Source of the DNA: Clostridiales bacterium
GTDB lineage: Bacteria > Bacillota > Clostridia > Oscillospirales > Acutalibacteraceae
DNA: 64,000 bases
Direction: 5' to 3'
Assembly: GCA_012524025.1 (NCBI GenBank)
Contig: JAAYSC010000028.1
Coordinates: 9,529 to 73,528, forward strand
The notes beneath the pieces are model-generated. The model had not been told where the DNA came from. It made no database searches and was given only the letters and a program-made list of their open reading frames with translations. Below are positions 44,753 to 54,500 of this stretch, piece by piece; within the stretch, counting starts at the first letter, position 1; every line of letters starts with the position of its first letter. The translations under genes were made by a program, and so were the position numbers.

Positions 44753-46168
44753 ATGCTGCTTAAAACTAAAATCATTTGCACTTTGGGCCCCGCCACTGAT
44801 GATGACAGAATTTTGCGTGAGCTCATAAAAGAAGGCATGAATGTTGCGCGCTTCAACTTTTCGCACGGTGATCATGCAGAACAATTGGGGCGTTTAAATG
44901 CTTTCAAGCGCATCCGCAGTGAATTCCCCTACCCCATAGCCAGCATTTTAGATACCAAGGGGCCAGAAATTCGTATTAAACAATTCGAAGGCAACAGCGC
45001 TTGCCTGGTCGAAGGGCAAGATTTTATCCTTCACACTCAAGATGTCAAGGGTGACAGCAGCGGTGTTTCCGTCACCTACCCCGATTTGGCCCATGATTTG
45101 GACCCGGGTGCAAGGATTTTGATTGACGACGGCCTGATTGAACTTAAGGTTGAAGAAATTGAAGGTGACAAACTTATTTGCCGTGTCATAACCGGCGGCG
45201 ATTTGTCAAATAACAAAAGCATTAATATCCCGGGCACTAAAATCAGCCTGCCTTACATGAGTCAGCAGGATAAGGATGACATTTTATTTGGCATTGAACA
45301 TAATATGGATTACATAGCCGCTTCTTTTGTCAGAACCAAAGAAGATGTGCTTGAAGTTCGAGAATTTTTAGCCGCCAATCAAGGGCAAAAAATAGGGATC
45401 ATAGCCAAAATTGAAAACCAAGAAGGTGTGGACAATGCCGACGAAATAATTCAGGCCAGTGACGGTATAATGATTGCTCGGGGCGATATGGGGGTGGAAA
45501 TCCCCTTTGAAAACATCCCTTCAATTCAAAAACTTTTGGTCAGGAAGGGCTATTCGGCCGGCAAGCGAGTAATCGTTGCCACACAAATGTTAGATTCAAT
45601 GATCAGAAACCCCCGACCCACCAGGGCCGAGGCCACCGATGTTGCAAGCGCGGTTTATGACGGCACCAGTGCCATCATGCTTTCGGGTGAAACAGCCGTT
45701 GGCAAATACCCGGTTGAAAGCCTGGTAACCATGAAAAAAATCGCAATTAAAACCGAACGAGAAATAGATTACCGCAAACAATTTGATGAAAATCGCTTTC
45801 CCATGCGCAATATTACCGATGCCATCAGCCATGCCACTTGCACAACGGCCCATGATTTGAATATGGAAGCGATTATTACGGTAACCAAATCCGGACACAC
45901 GGCTCGCATGGTTTCAAAATTCAGGCCGGACTGCCCCATTATAGCAGCCGCTATAGATACCACGGTCTGGCGGCAGCTTGCCTTGTCTTGGGGCGTTATA
46001 CCGGTTATGGCCGAAGTCAAAACATCATCCGACGAACTCTTTGACCATGTTGCCCAAAGGTCTTTGGAAGTCGGTGCGCTAAAGTCCGGGGACCTTGTGG
46101 TGATAACGGGTGGCATCCCCTTGGGTGTCAGCGGCAGCACCAATATTCTAAAGGTTCAAAGCGTCTAA
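44753..46168 (+). CDS. pyk: Pyruvate kinase
   Basis: MLLKTKIICTLGPATDD...MNVARFNFSHGDH...IIAKIENQEGV...MIARGDMGVEIP...ATQMLDSM... ATG at 44753 after GAAGGAG. Confidence 0.95.
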   Translation: MLLKTKIICTLGPATDDDRILRELIKEGMNVARFNFSHGDHAEQLGRLNAFKRIRSEFPYPIASILDTKGPEIRIKQFEGNSACLVEGQDFILHTQDVKGDSSGVSVTYPDLAHDLDPGARILIDDGLIELKVEEIEGDKLICRVITGGDLSNNKSINIPGTKISLPYMSQQDKDDILFGIEHNMDYIAASFVRTKEDVLEVREFLAANQGQKIGIIAKIENQEGVDNADEIIQASDGIMIARGDMGVEIPFENIPSIQKLLVRKGYSAGKRVIVATQMLDSMIRNPRPTRAEATDVASAVYDGTSAIMLSGETAVGKYPVESLVTMKKIAIKTEREIDYRKQFDENRFPMRNITDAISHATCTTAHDLNMEAIITVTKSGHTARMVSKFRPDCPIIAAAIDTTVWRQLALSWGVIPVMAEVKTSSDELFDHVAQRSLEVGALKSGDLVVITGGIPLGVSGSTNILKVQSV

Positions 46169-46174
46169 AACCAA

Positions 46175-46208
46175 AAAGAAGGAGCAAAAAACCGCTCCTT
46201 CTTTTTTT
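46175..46208. terminator. Bidirectional intrinsic terminator after pyk
   Basis: AAAGAAGGAGCaaaaaaccGCTCCTTCTTTtttt. Confidence 0.85.
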
Positions 46209-46224
46209 CATATTTATCAAGAAC

Positions 46225-47289
46225 TTATATTAGTTTCTTGCTAAAGTATTTAGTAAACCTCTGCCAGTCGTAGCGGCTTAAATAATGGCAACCCGGCCTT
46301 AAGTGGTAGGCTATATTACCTTCATGTAAACATTCGCCGGGATTTAAAAAACGATTTTCATGTTTTAAACCCTTAAACCCCAATAAGTCATAAACTTCAC
46401 TAACTGCCAGGCAAGACAAAAACTCACTGTAGGGGTCTGCCCATTTGTCAAATTGAGCGCTTGCCACATACAAGGGCCGCGGCCCTATCAGAGCCAAAAG
46501 AAAATGTTGGTCAAAGGGCATGGTGCTCTCGGCAGAGGCATATTTTTTATAATTTTCACAAAACCAAAAAGGGAAACGCCCGGTAATATCTTTAACGCTT
46601 TCCCCTTTTTTGCCCCTGCTTAAGGCGGCCCCGCTACAGCCGGAATTATTTGAAACAACCGCTGCAAACCGCTCATCTTGTGCGGCACACCAGAGGGCTG
46701 TTTTGCCTAAACGCGAATGCCCCACAACTGTTATTGCCTTTTTGTCAATTTCACTCAAGCCGCAAACATAGTCCATCACACGGCTTGCCGCATAAACCCA
46801 GAGGGAGATTTTACCCCACTGCCAAGGGCTTTCATCTCTTTCAAACATACCCGCCAGACCCGAAGAAAAATCTTTATTGTCCCCTGTTATATCTTTATAG
46901 CAAAAACTTGCCAAGGCAAACCCGGAATCAATTATTTCTTCAATCGGGCAATGCTTGCCAGAGGGGTATTTTTCAAACGATATGTGAACAAAAAGGGGGA
47001 GTTTTTTCTCACTTTTCGGTATAACCATATCACAGTCGAAAGAAAAATCACCCCTATCCGTTGGGAAGGTTAGGGCTACTTCCCTGTGTGTCGCCTTTCC
47101 TCCCCACGCATTTTCGTCCTCAAAAACAATATTGGAGACAGTTTTATCCGGCGCCGGAGGGGAAACACCATAAACCTCCCTTGCCAAAAGCTCCAAGATC
47201 TCTTTGCGCCTTTGGGGCCAATTTTCAATATTGGCGGAACTTCCGAGCACATTTGGAAGATTTCTTCTTGATAAATCCTCATAAATCAT
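46225..47289 (-). CDS. CE15-like (glucuronoyl esterase family) serine hydrolase, no signal peptide
   Basis: ...VVGHSRLGKTALWCAAQDERF... resembles the G-x-S-R-x-G nucleophile motif of CE15. The start was trimmed to the ATG at 47289 (SD GAAGGAGAA). The 50 upstream codons of the track ORF look non-coding. Confidence 0.6.
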   Translation of the reverse strand: MIYEDLSRRNLPNVLGSSANIENWPQRRKEILELLAREVYGVSPPAPDKTVSNIVFEDENAWGGKATHREVALTFPTDRGDFSFDCDMVIPKSEKKLPLFVHISFEKYPSGKHCPIEEIIDSGFALASFCYKDITGDNKDFSSGLAGMFERDESPWQWGKISLWVYAASRVMDYVCGLSEIDKKAITVVGHSRLGKTALWCAAQDERFAAVVSNNSGCSGAALSRGKKGESVKDITGRFPFWFCENYKKYASAESTMPFDQHFLLALIGPRPLYVASAQFDKWADPYSEFLSCLAVSEVYDLLGFKGLKHENRFLNPGECLHEGNIAYHLRPGCHYLSRYDWQRFTKYFSKKLI

Positions 47290-47316
47290 AGGCTTATTTT
47301 CTCCTTCTTCTTTAAC

Positions 47317-47345
47317 TTGAAAGAAGTTATGAATTATTTTATAAT
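47317..47345 (+). promoter_or_regulatory. Sigma-A promoter of the DUF2284/GNAT genes
   Basis: TTGAAA (47317-47322), a 17-nt spacer, then TATAAT (47340-47345). Confidence 0.7.
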
Positions 47346-47371
47346 TTAAAAAACACAGGTGGAATTGCAAG

Positions 47372-47911
47372 ATGTCAAAGATTGATAATCTTATTAATAT
47401 GGCACTAAGAGCAGGTTTTTCAAAGGCCGGTGAGCTCAAGATGGATGCTCTTGAGTTTTTACCACAAGTGCGTGATATGTGTGCGGCCGACCTCTGCCAC
47501 AGTTATGCAAAAAACTGGACTTGCCCGCCTGCCTGCGGCAGTTTGGAAGAAATTGCCGCAAAGGCCGCTACTTACAAGAAGGGCTTGCTTGTGCAAACAA
47601 TAGGGCACACCGAAGACGACTTTGACTGGGATTCAATCGAGGCGACAAGCCAAAAGCATCAAAAAACCTTTCACATCTTCACCGCAAAGCTCAAGAAGCT
47701 ATACCCCGATATCTTGCCCATGGGGGCGGGAGCATGTTCGATTTGCCCCATATGCACCTACCCGAATTCGCCTTGCCTCCACCCCGATTTAGCGGTTATA
47801 TCCATGGAAGCTTATGGCCTTGTGGTCAGCAGCGTTTGCGAAAAATCCGGCCTACCCTATAACTATGGCAAAAACACCATAAGCTTTACAAGTGCCTACC
47901 TTATAAAATAA
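47372..47911 (+). CDS. DUF2284-type predicted metal-binding (Cys-rich) protein
   Basis: ...CAADLCHSYAKNWTCPPACGS... and ...GAGACSICPICTYPNSPCLHPD..., the Cys clusters typical of DUF2284. Confidence 0.65.
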   Translation: MSKIDNLINMALRAGFSKAGELKMDALEFLPQVRDMCAADLCHSYAKNWTCPPACGSLEEIAAKAATYKKGLLVQTIGHTEDDFDWDSIEATSQKHQKTFHIFTAKLKKLYPDILPMGAGACSICPICTYPNSPCLHPDLAVISMEAYGLVVSSVCEKSGLPYNYGKNTISFTSAYLIK

Positions 47912-47934
47912 GCCTTTAGGAGGAGAAAAGAAGT

Positions 47935-48489
47935 ATGGAAAAAATCAGACCCTATCAAAGCAAGGACTTTGACAATGTTCGCCGCATTTGCCTTAAAAAC
48001 GCTGATGACCCCAAAAGTGAAAAGCAAAAAAGCTACATATTAAGCACCTACTGTGACTATTACATTGAGCAGGAGCCGCAAAACTGTTTTGTTGCCGTCA
48101 ACGAAGCCGATGAGGCTGTGGGCTATATCATATGTGCTGAAGATTATGGGGTATTTCAAAAGCGTTTTGAAGAAATTTATCTGCCTCGCGTTAAAGCTTT
48201 GGGCGGTTTAAAGTGGAAAACATCCGCATCGGCCTACAGGCTCCATGCCAAACACCAAGGCACTTACCCTGCCCACCTGCACCTTGATATTGACGAAGCC
48301 TACCAACGCCGCGGCCTGGGCAGCCGGCTTACAGACAAATTGATAGAGCACTTAAAAGCAAAAGATATAAAGGGCCTTATGTTTACCGTTGGGGGTGACA
48401 ATGAGGTCGGCCTCTCTTTCTATAACAAATATGGCTTTAAAATAATTGAAAAAGGCTTTGGCGATATAGCCATGGGCTTACTGTTTTAG
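47935..48489 (+). CDS. GNAT-family N-acetyltransferase
   Basis: Acetyl-CoA motif ...QRRGLGSRLTDKLIEHLK... and C-terminal ...FYNKYGFK... Confidence 0.8.
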   Translation: MEKIRPYQSKDFDNVRRICLKNADDPKSEKQKSYILSTYCDYYIEQEPQNCFVAVNEADEAVGYIICAEDYGVFQKRFEEIYLPRVKALGGLKWKTSASAYRLHAKHQGTYPAHLHLDIDEAYQRRGLGSRLTDKLIEHLKAKDIKGLMFTVGGDNEVGLSFYNKYGFKIIEKGFGDIAMGLLF

Positions 48490-48536
48490 CACCCTTGGCA
48501 GAGTCAGTATAGCATAAAACAATAAAGTATTCAGAT

Positions 48537-48578
48537 AAAATGCTGCTCCCTCAAATAAACTGTGGGAGCAGCATTTTA
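48537..48578. terminator. Bidirectional intrinsic terminator
   Basis: aaaATGCTGCTCCCtcaaataaactgtGGGAGCAGCATtttt. Confidence 0.8.
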
Positions 48579-48595
48579 TAGTTAATTATACACCC

Positions 48596-49381
48596 TTATA
48601 CGATTGTTCCAAGCCAGTCAAACATAGAGTCTAAGGCTTTATCGATAACATTTTCAAGCGCATGGTTACCGTTTGGAAATTCCAAAAGTTTCGTAGACAA
48701 CCTTTGGTTTTTCATAAGTTGATATGCCATCCTTGCATCGGCACAACGATGTGGATTATCGGCTAAGCCTTGCAAAAATAAGACGGGACAATTTATTTCC
48801 CCCATAAAATTAATTGGCGCTTTGCTTACCGTATCAAGATAAAAATCCAGGCCAAAAGAAATGCCGGATATTTCTTTAACACCGCCGGACATTAACTCGT
48901 CAAGGTTGTCTGCCAATATCTTGGCAGGCCCGCCGGTTTCCATAAATACATGTGAGCTGATACAAGTGCCAACAGATACAAGAAACTTAAGGCATTCATT
49001 CTCCGCCGCTAATCTTAAGGCAGCAGTCGATCCGGAACTAAAAGCATAAGAGCCGATTTTATCTGCGTTTGCAAAGGGTTGTTTACCGCACCATGAAACA
49101 ATATCTGAAAGATTGTTCTTCCATCGGCTATAGGTCATTAAACTATAATCCCCGCCGGTTTCACCGCAACCATAAAAATCGAAAGTAACAAAGGCAATAT
49201 TTGCCGCCATCGCTTTGTCGCATAATTTTTTAATAGGAGGCCATAGCCGTCTATTTTGGGCCCAGCCATGACAATAAATAATAACAGGCAGGTTGAGGGA
49301 TTCTTCATTAGGCAAATAAACCGTCCCTTTGTTCCTGTCCCCTGTTTCGAGACGAAATTCATATGAAAACAATTTTTTCAT
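48596..49381 (-). CDS. Alpha/beta hydrolase (dienelactone hydrolase / S9-like)
   Basis: ...VIIYCHGWAQNR..., the nucleophile elbow-like ...GSYAFSSGSTAAL..., and ...FPNGNHA... The start was trimmed to the ATG at 49381 (SD GGAAGGAA). Confidence 0.7.
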   Translation of the reverse strand: MKKLFSYEFRLETGDRNKGTVYLPNEESLNLPVIIYCHGWAQNRRLWPPIKKLCDKAMAANIAFVTFDFYGCGETGGDYSLMTYSRWKNNLSDIVSWCGKQPFANADKIGSYAFSSGSTAALRLAAENECLKFLVSVGTCISSHVFMETGGPAKILADNLDELMSGGVKEISGISFGLDFYLDTVSKAPINFMGEINCPVLFLQGLADNPHRCADARMAYQLMKNQRLSTKLLEFPNGNHALENVIDKALDSMFDWLGTIV

Positions 49382-49609
49382 TTCCTTCCTATGTGTAAAA
49401 ATAATATGTTTTGAGCATACCACACCCACAAAAATAAATCCACAAATATAAAACAGCCATAAAAATACTGCTCCACCCTTATGATGTCGGCGCAGTATTT
49501 TTTGTTGGAAGAATACGAAGCTATATGCTAAAAATAGCTCATACGCTGGAAAAGCGTATTCATCGGTTAGCGAGAGAAATTTATATTATTTAAATTTCCG
49601 AGAACACTC

Positions 49610-49638
49610 TTGACTAATGCACCCATTGGGTGTATTAT
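49610..49638 (+). promoter_or_regulatory. Sigma-A promoter of the HTH gene
   Basis: TTGACT (49610-49615), a 17-nt spacer, then TATTAT (49633-49638). Confidence 0.7.
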
Positions 49639-49656
49639 ATTGGTGAGGTGATAGGT

Positions 49657-50307
49657 ATGAATATTCGTGAGATGAGAACACGGCTGGGCGATACACAAAG
49701 CGAGTTCGCAAGGAGGTATAGCATCCCGTTTCGCACAGTTCAGAATTGGGAAGCCGGTGTGCGCAAGCCGCCTGAATACATTATGAATTTATTAAAGGTC
49801 CGCGCGCAAGCAGACCTCGTCAACCGAAAGACAGCCGTATTGCCAAGGCATAATGCGAAAAAAAGAAACCTTCCAAAGAGGAGAGATTATGTTGGCGCCA
49901 TTGCTTGGCTAAAGGCGGTTCGTGATTGTATCGGTGAACCTATTGTTTTCGCCTTAGACAACGCCCTGATGTGCCAGGGTAACTTCGGGGGGCGAAGCGA
50001 CGAGTATATCGTATGGGTTTACGGTGATGATTCTGTTTCCCGTTTTAACGGTGTAGTTGTGCTTGGCAATCATGTAAGTCCTTACAGCGTAAAGGAAAAG
50101 AACGGGCTGCGATTTACCGATTTTAACAGAACGATAGCTGACGCCATTGCAAATGAGGCAATCTTGGATATGCAGGGGATTACAGAGGCAATCAGCCGTT
50201 ATTATTACCGTAATGGCGAAAGCCTTAAAGGCCTTTCTGTTGTACCTGAGTATCAGGAAAGATTTGAAAAGCTGGCAAATGAAGCAATCGAATATTATGA
50301 TAATTAA
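49657..50307 (+). CDS. XRE-type HTH protein with an uncharacterised 150-aa C-terminal domain (possibly AbiEi-like antitoxin architecture)
   Basis: MNIREMRTRLGDTQSEFARRYSIPFRTVQNWEAGVRKPPEYIMNLL is an XRE/MqsA-like HTH. The C-terminal ...EKNGLRFTDFNRTIADAIANE... is reminiscent of the G-x-R-x-T...RT-x-x-D element of AbiEi C-domains (from memory only). ATG at 49657 after GAGGTGA. Confidence 0.6.
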   Translation: MNIREMRTRLGDTQSEFARRYSIPFRTVQNWEAGVRKPPEYIMNLLKVRAQADLVNRKTAVLPRHNAKKRNLPKRRDYVGAIAWLKAVRDCIGEPIVFALDNALMCQGNFGGRSDEYIVWVYGDDSVSRFNGVVVLGNHVSPYSVKEKNGLRFTDFNRTIADAIANEAILDMQGITEAISRYYYRNGESLKGLSVVPEYQERFEKLANEAIEYYDN

Positions 50308-50486
50308 GGCACTCCTATGAAAAATTCCGATTTGAGGGTGATGTGAGCAAGCCACCCTTTGAGGAAATATATCGCACAGTAAAGTCTTATCTGAAAGATA
50401 TACTTCCAAAGTGAAAACACAGAATTTATGTTCGAAAGTGATTGAATAATATAATTATGGTATAAACGGGGCAAAGCTATATTTAC

Positions 50487-50546
50487 AAGTTCCGTCAAAA
50501 AACCGCACCAAATCTTTAGATTCAATGCGAGTTTTTGACGGAACTT
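50487..50546. repeat. Perfect 15-bp inverted repeat with a 30-nt spacer in a 266-bp non-coding gap
   Basis: AAGTTCCGTCAAAAA (50487-50501) and TTTTTGACGGAACTT (50532-50546). Confidence 0.8.
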
Positions 50547-50573
50547 TCGTTATCGTTCTCTTAATTTTTTAGC

Positions 50574-51524
50574 CTAAAAATGGTGTTCCGGTTTGTGGAC
50601 CACGGTTTGTTTGTGGCAAGAGCCGTCTTCAAGATAAATATAGCTTGAAAAATCACTACTGTCCGAGTCTATGTCAATAATCCGGGCACCCAGGGGATAG
50701 CCATACATGCCGTAAGCATTGTGGCCCGAACCCCGCCCGTAACATAGGCGGATCCCAAACAATTTGCCGTCAAAATCGTTTATGTGGTCGTGGCCCACGA
50801 AAGTTCCCTTCATGCCGCCCCTGTCCACCATGGCTGCAAACATGCCCGTGTTTGTTTTTGGGCAGCAGATATATTCATTGCGTTGGCCCACACAGCGGTT
50901 ATAGCCCCAGGCTTCAAGGTATTCCCAAAGAGGGATATGGAAAAAAGCCAGTTCGGACAGTTTTTTGCCAAAGCGTTTTTCCAAGGCTTCAGACTCTTTC
51001 AGGTACCAGTCTATCTGATTCCTGTGGATATAGTCATAGGCCGATTCCATACCGCCGTCTTTGGAAGGGACATCCCTTCTGTTGTTTGAGTCTATAAAAA
51101 CCAAGGCCCAGTCGGGTGAGTTTTCGTCACCGACGCTTATGAAGTAATTGCCGTAACCCATAATATCTTGGGGGCCTTTCTTAAAAAGGCTCATGGGCAG
51201 GGTCTCCAACAAATCGGCCAACTCTTCCCTGTTTAAGGCATCGCCTTCTTCATTGCCGTCATGGTTGCCCAGGGTTGCTGCCCAAGGTATCTTGTAGTGT
51301 TGGCAAACAGTTGCAATATCTTCTAAAAGCTTACCGTTGTTTTCCCCATGGCTTATGTCACCTGTCAGCGCCAATAAGTCCGGCTTTTGGCTTTGGATAA
51401 CCGATTTTATGAGCTCTAATGTTTTTTTGTTATTTTCTTCTCTTTCGGGCTTGCTTGACAAGTGTAGGTCTGTAAGTTGACAAATCCTAAACCCGCCCTG
51501 CTCATTGTAGTTGAGATGGTTCAT
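50574..51524 (-). CDS. Calcineurin-like metallophosphoesterase
   Basis: ...ICQLTDLHLS..., ...LTGDISHGEN..., ...TLGNHDG..., ...FFHIPL..., ...VGHDHINDF... Confidence 0.85.
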   Translation of the reverse strand: MNHLNYNEQGGFRICQLTDLHLSSKPEREENNKKTLELIKSVIQSQKPDLLALTGDISHGENNGKLLEDIATVCQHYKIPWAATLGNHDGNEEGDALNREELADLLETLPMSLFKKGPQDIMGYGNYFISVGDENSPDWALVFIDSNNRRDVPSKDGGMESAYDYIHRNQIDWYLKESEALEKRFGKKLSELAFFHIPLWEYLEAWGYNRCVGQRNEYICCPKTNTGMFAAMVDRGGMKGTFVGHDHINDFDGKLFGIRLCYGRGSGHNAYGMYGYPLGARIIDIDSDSSDFSSYIYLEDGSCHKQTVVHKPEHHF

Positions 51525-51546
51525 TGCCTGCCTCCTGTTTAAAACT

Positions 51547-54500
51547 CTAATTGTCTCTGCTCAAGCGAGAGCGCACAACGGCAAAAACATCAGCCAGCTG
51601 AATGGTGCCGGTCACCATCTTGGAGTCTACCGTCAGTGCCTTTTCACCGTCAATCTTTTTTCGTAAAAAGGCTTCTGCAACCGAAGGCCTGGCTTTAATA
51701 TATTCTTCCGCTGAAATTTTATAGTCAAAAGAGCGCCTGTTGACGGTGTCAAACAAGAAGTCACCGTGTTCAAAGTTACTTTCGTCTTCGCTTGCCGTCA
51801 TAGCCAAAATCAAAATTTCTTCCACCTTGGGCAAGATGATATGATCGACCCCTTGAGCTATATCAATCGAATGTTTAAAGAAGTAAAGTTGCTTTGCGAT
51901 TTCATCGCCTTTGGGCGAGTGAGCATGGGTTGAATTCCAGCCCAAAACACTCTTTTTAACATAAGCCAACTCACCAAGACCTATTAAATCCCAAGCGGCC
52001 GGTGCTTCTTGCCAGTCTTGCGGGCGTATGCAAACATCTTCTTGACCGACCTTGATGCAAACACGCCTGTCGGCATCCAAAGAGGCTGCAAGCAAGTGAA
52101 GTTTTTTTGTGTTTTGGGGTAGATTTATTTTTTGCCCCCTGCATAAAAGAGCATTGGCCGACTCGGACTGCGATATTTCAAAATTAATTCCGCCGCTCTT
52201 TATCACTTTTGGAATAATTTCACGCGGAAGAGACAAGGCACCCGGTAATTCCGACTTTGCCCCCTGCCCTTGTGATGTTATAGCCCTGACATTATGTTCC
52301 AAGGCCAGCGGAGTTTGGGCTGCGGGCTTTTCTTTTGTCTTTGTCTTTTGCAATTTCAAAGCAAAGCTTTTGGGTTCAAAGGCCCCTATATCAAAAACCA
52401 AGTCGCCGCCCTCAACCGAAGCCGGGCCTAAATCCTCTTCCGATGCATAAACTTCGCGGGCACTCTCGATGCCTTGACCTATGCTGAAACGAAGGGATTT
52501 TTTGCCCTGACCCGCCCCTTCATTAAAGCGAACAATAACTTGATCCGACCCGTCATGTGCTTTTTTGATAGCCCTGATTATTACAGATTGGTCACTTATG
52601 CCGGCAAAAGAAAAGCGTTTGCCCAGTTTGCCCTTATGTGCCCGGGTCACAAAGGTTGCCATTGGTTGGTTGAAGCAGTTTGCGGCATTTTGCACACCGT
52701 TTGTGTAGTCACCTTCATGGCTGTATATACCGAAAGAAAATCTGTTAAGACCCAAATCCATCAAATGCTGCGAACATTCCCAACGGTAGGAATATAAGGG
52801 AGTGTGCACAGCGGTCAAACGCAGAGTGTTGTCGTTGGGCTTGTCCCACCCCGAGCGTGAGTCGCTGAAGACAGCCACACCGAAGCTCTTGTCGGGCTGT
52901 GTAATATCCGCCCACATTTGTGCGGGCACTTCATAAAGTTTGGGGCTGTTATTTCCGCGCTCAATCACGCCTAACCCCAAGTCATATGTAGCAGTCGGGT
53001 TGGAGGAGGCTAAGGGGAAACCGACCTTGAGCAAGCTTGCTGTGTCCCGCCAGTCAACTTCGTTGTAGACCCTCACCGTTTCGCCGTCTTTGTCCAGAGA
53101 AACTATTTGTTTGAAGGTTGATTTGCCGGTTTTTCTTGATATTTCCACAGCGGCACGGGCAGGGCCGTGCTCTATCACCTTAAGCTTTGCCTTGGATGCG
53201 CCTTCACGCGGCGGTACCGAAAGTTCTTTATAGGTCAACTCCCAAGCGGGCCAAGATTTAGAACCTTTATAGTCAAAAACATCTAAACTGATATCATTGG
53301 CCAAAATATTTTTACCCAAGCTTTTGTCGAACACTTCACAAATGTCACCGTTTTGGTTGAACATAACTCGCAGTTTGCTGTTTTCTATGCCGGTGGTGGA
53401 AACACGCAGGGCCGAAGCGTCCAAATAAGGCTTGTCGCTTTCTTGTATGTCGTAAAGCGCTATGCCGACCGAAGGCACGCTTGCCGCAAAAGCAACATGA
53501 GTGAAAGATTTTTCTCTTTTTACAATTTGCGACGCCACTTCTTTGCCCTTGTCGTCCAAAACTTTGATATATCTTGCCCCCTTGGGCAATTTTACTTTGG
53601 CCACAACGGTTTCTTGCCTGTCCCCATCGGCTTGCAGGGGGTTGCTTACCGCTACAGCTATACCTTTTACAAAAGAAGCGTCCATTTGGCTGACTATGCC
53701 GGCACCGCTTGCTCTGTACTCTTCGGCAAATTGGTTTTGGGAAAGCATATAGTCATTCCAATTGCGCTTATAACAAACTTGGAAGGAGGTACCCGTAATA
53801 TCATCATGGAATTGGTGGGCAATAACTCGCTTCCAGGCGGTGTTAAGGTTTTCGTGAGGATAGTCATTTTGGCCCAACCAGTCTGCGGCAACGGCTGTTC
53901 TTTCGGCAGCGTCTGCCAGCAGTTCGGCCCGCCTGTTCCACCTGTGGCCGACAGTTCTTGATGTATAACTGCCCACGCCGTGGTCCGTCAGGGGCAGCTC
54001 ATTGCTCCAGGTCGGCAGGGCTTCTTTTTGTTGTTCGGTCAAGCCTTGATCCAAAAGATCAAAAAACTCTTTCGAACTGACTGATTTGACATCAATGGCC
54101 TTCGAGGAGTTTTTAGAAATCTCTTTCATAACCGTCTTGACCGAAGATTCGCCGGGCGCGCCGCCCCTGTCCCCCGTGCCGTAAAAAGCCACGGTAAAGG
54201 GCAAACTAACTTCTTGACCGTCGATTTGGGCTGTTTTTTCGTCATCATAGAGCTTGGGCTCAATATCTTTATGGCCGCGTACCTTGCCCAGGCCCCTTGC
54301 GTATGAACCGGGGCGGATGTTGGCATAAATCGACTTGCCGTCAACCCCATGCCATTTGCCCACATCAAAGGGGGCGCCATAGGCACTGCCCCAGGCCAAT
54401 TTACCGGTTGAAAAGCCCTTGAGGTTGGCATGGCGAGCTATGGAAGGCAAGGCCCAACCAAAGCCAAAGCAATCGGGTAAGAAAATGTCATTAGAGGGTT

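Noticed and set aside
47290-47439. 50-codon N-terminal extension of the CE15-like ORF; likewise 5288-5335 for rplB, 1786-1803 for rplX, and the upstream extensions at 49382-49429, 42368-42382, 44738-44752 and 26491-26511
   Set aside because: Internal ATG codons with well-spaced SD sequences give N-termini that match the family norm. The extensions overlap promoter or intergenic DNA.
49954-50409. 151-aa minus-strand ORF overlapping the HTH gene; also the 73-aa ORF at 50304-50525
   Set aside because: It lies antisense to, or downstream of, a gene that has a consensus promoter, an SD and an HTH motif. It has no start signals and is rich in Ile/Phe/Cys from AT-rich sequence.
53353-53961. 202-aa plus-strand ORF, with others at 52109-52797
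   Set aside because: It lies antisense within the GH38 alpha-mannosidase gene, whose frame is continuous and motif-bearing.
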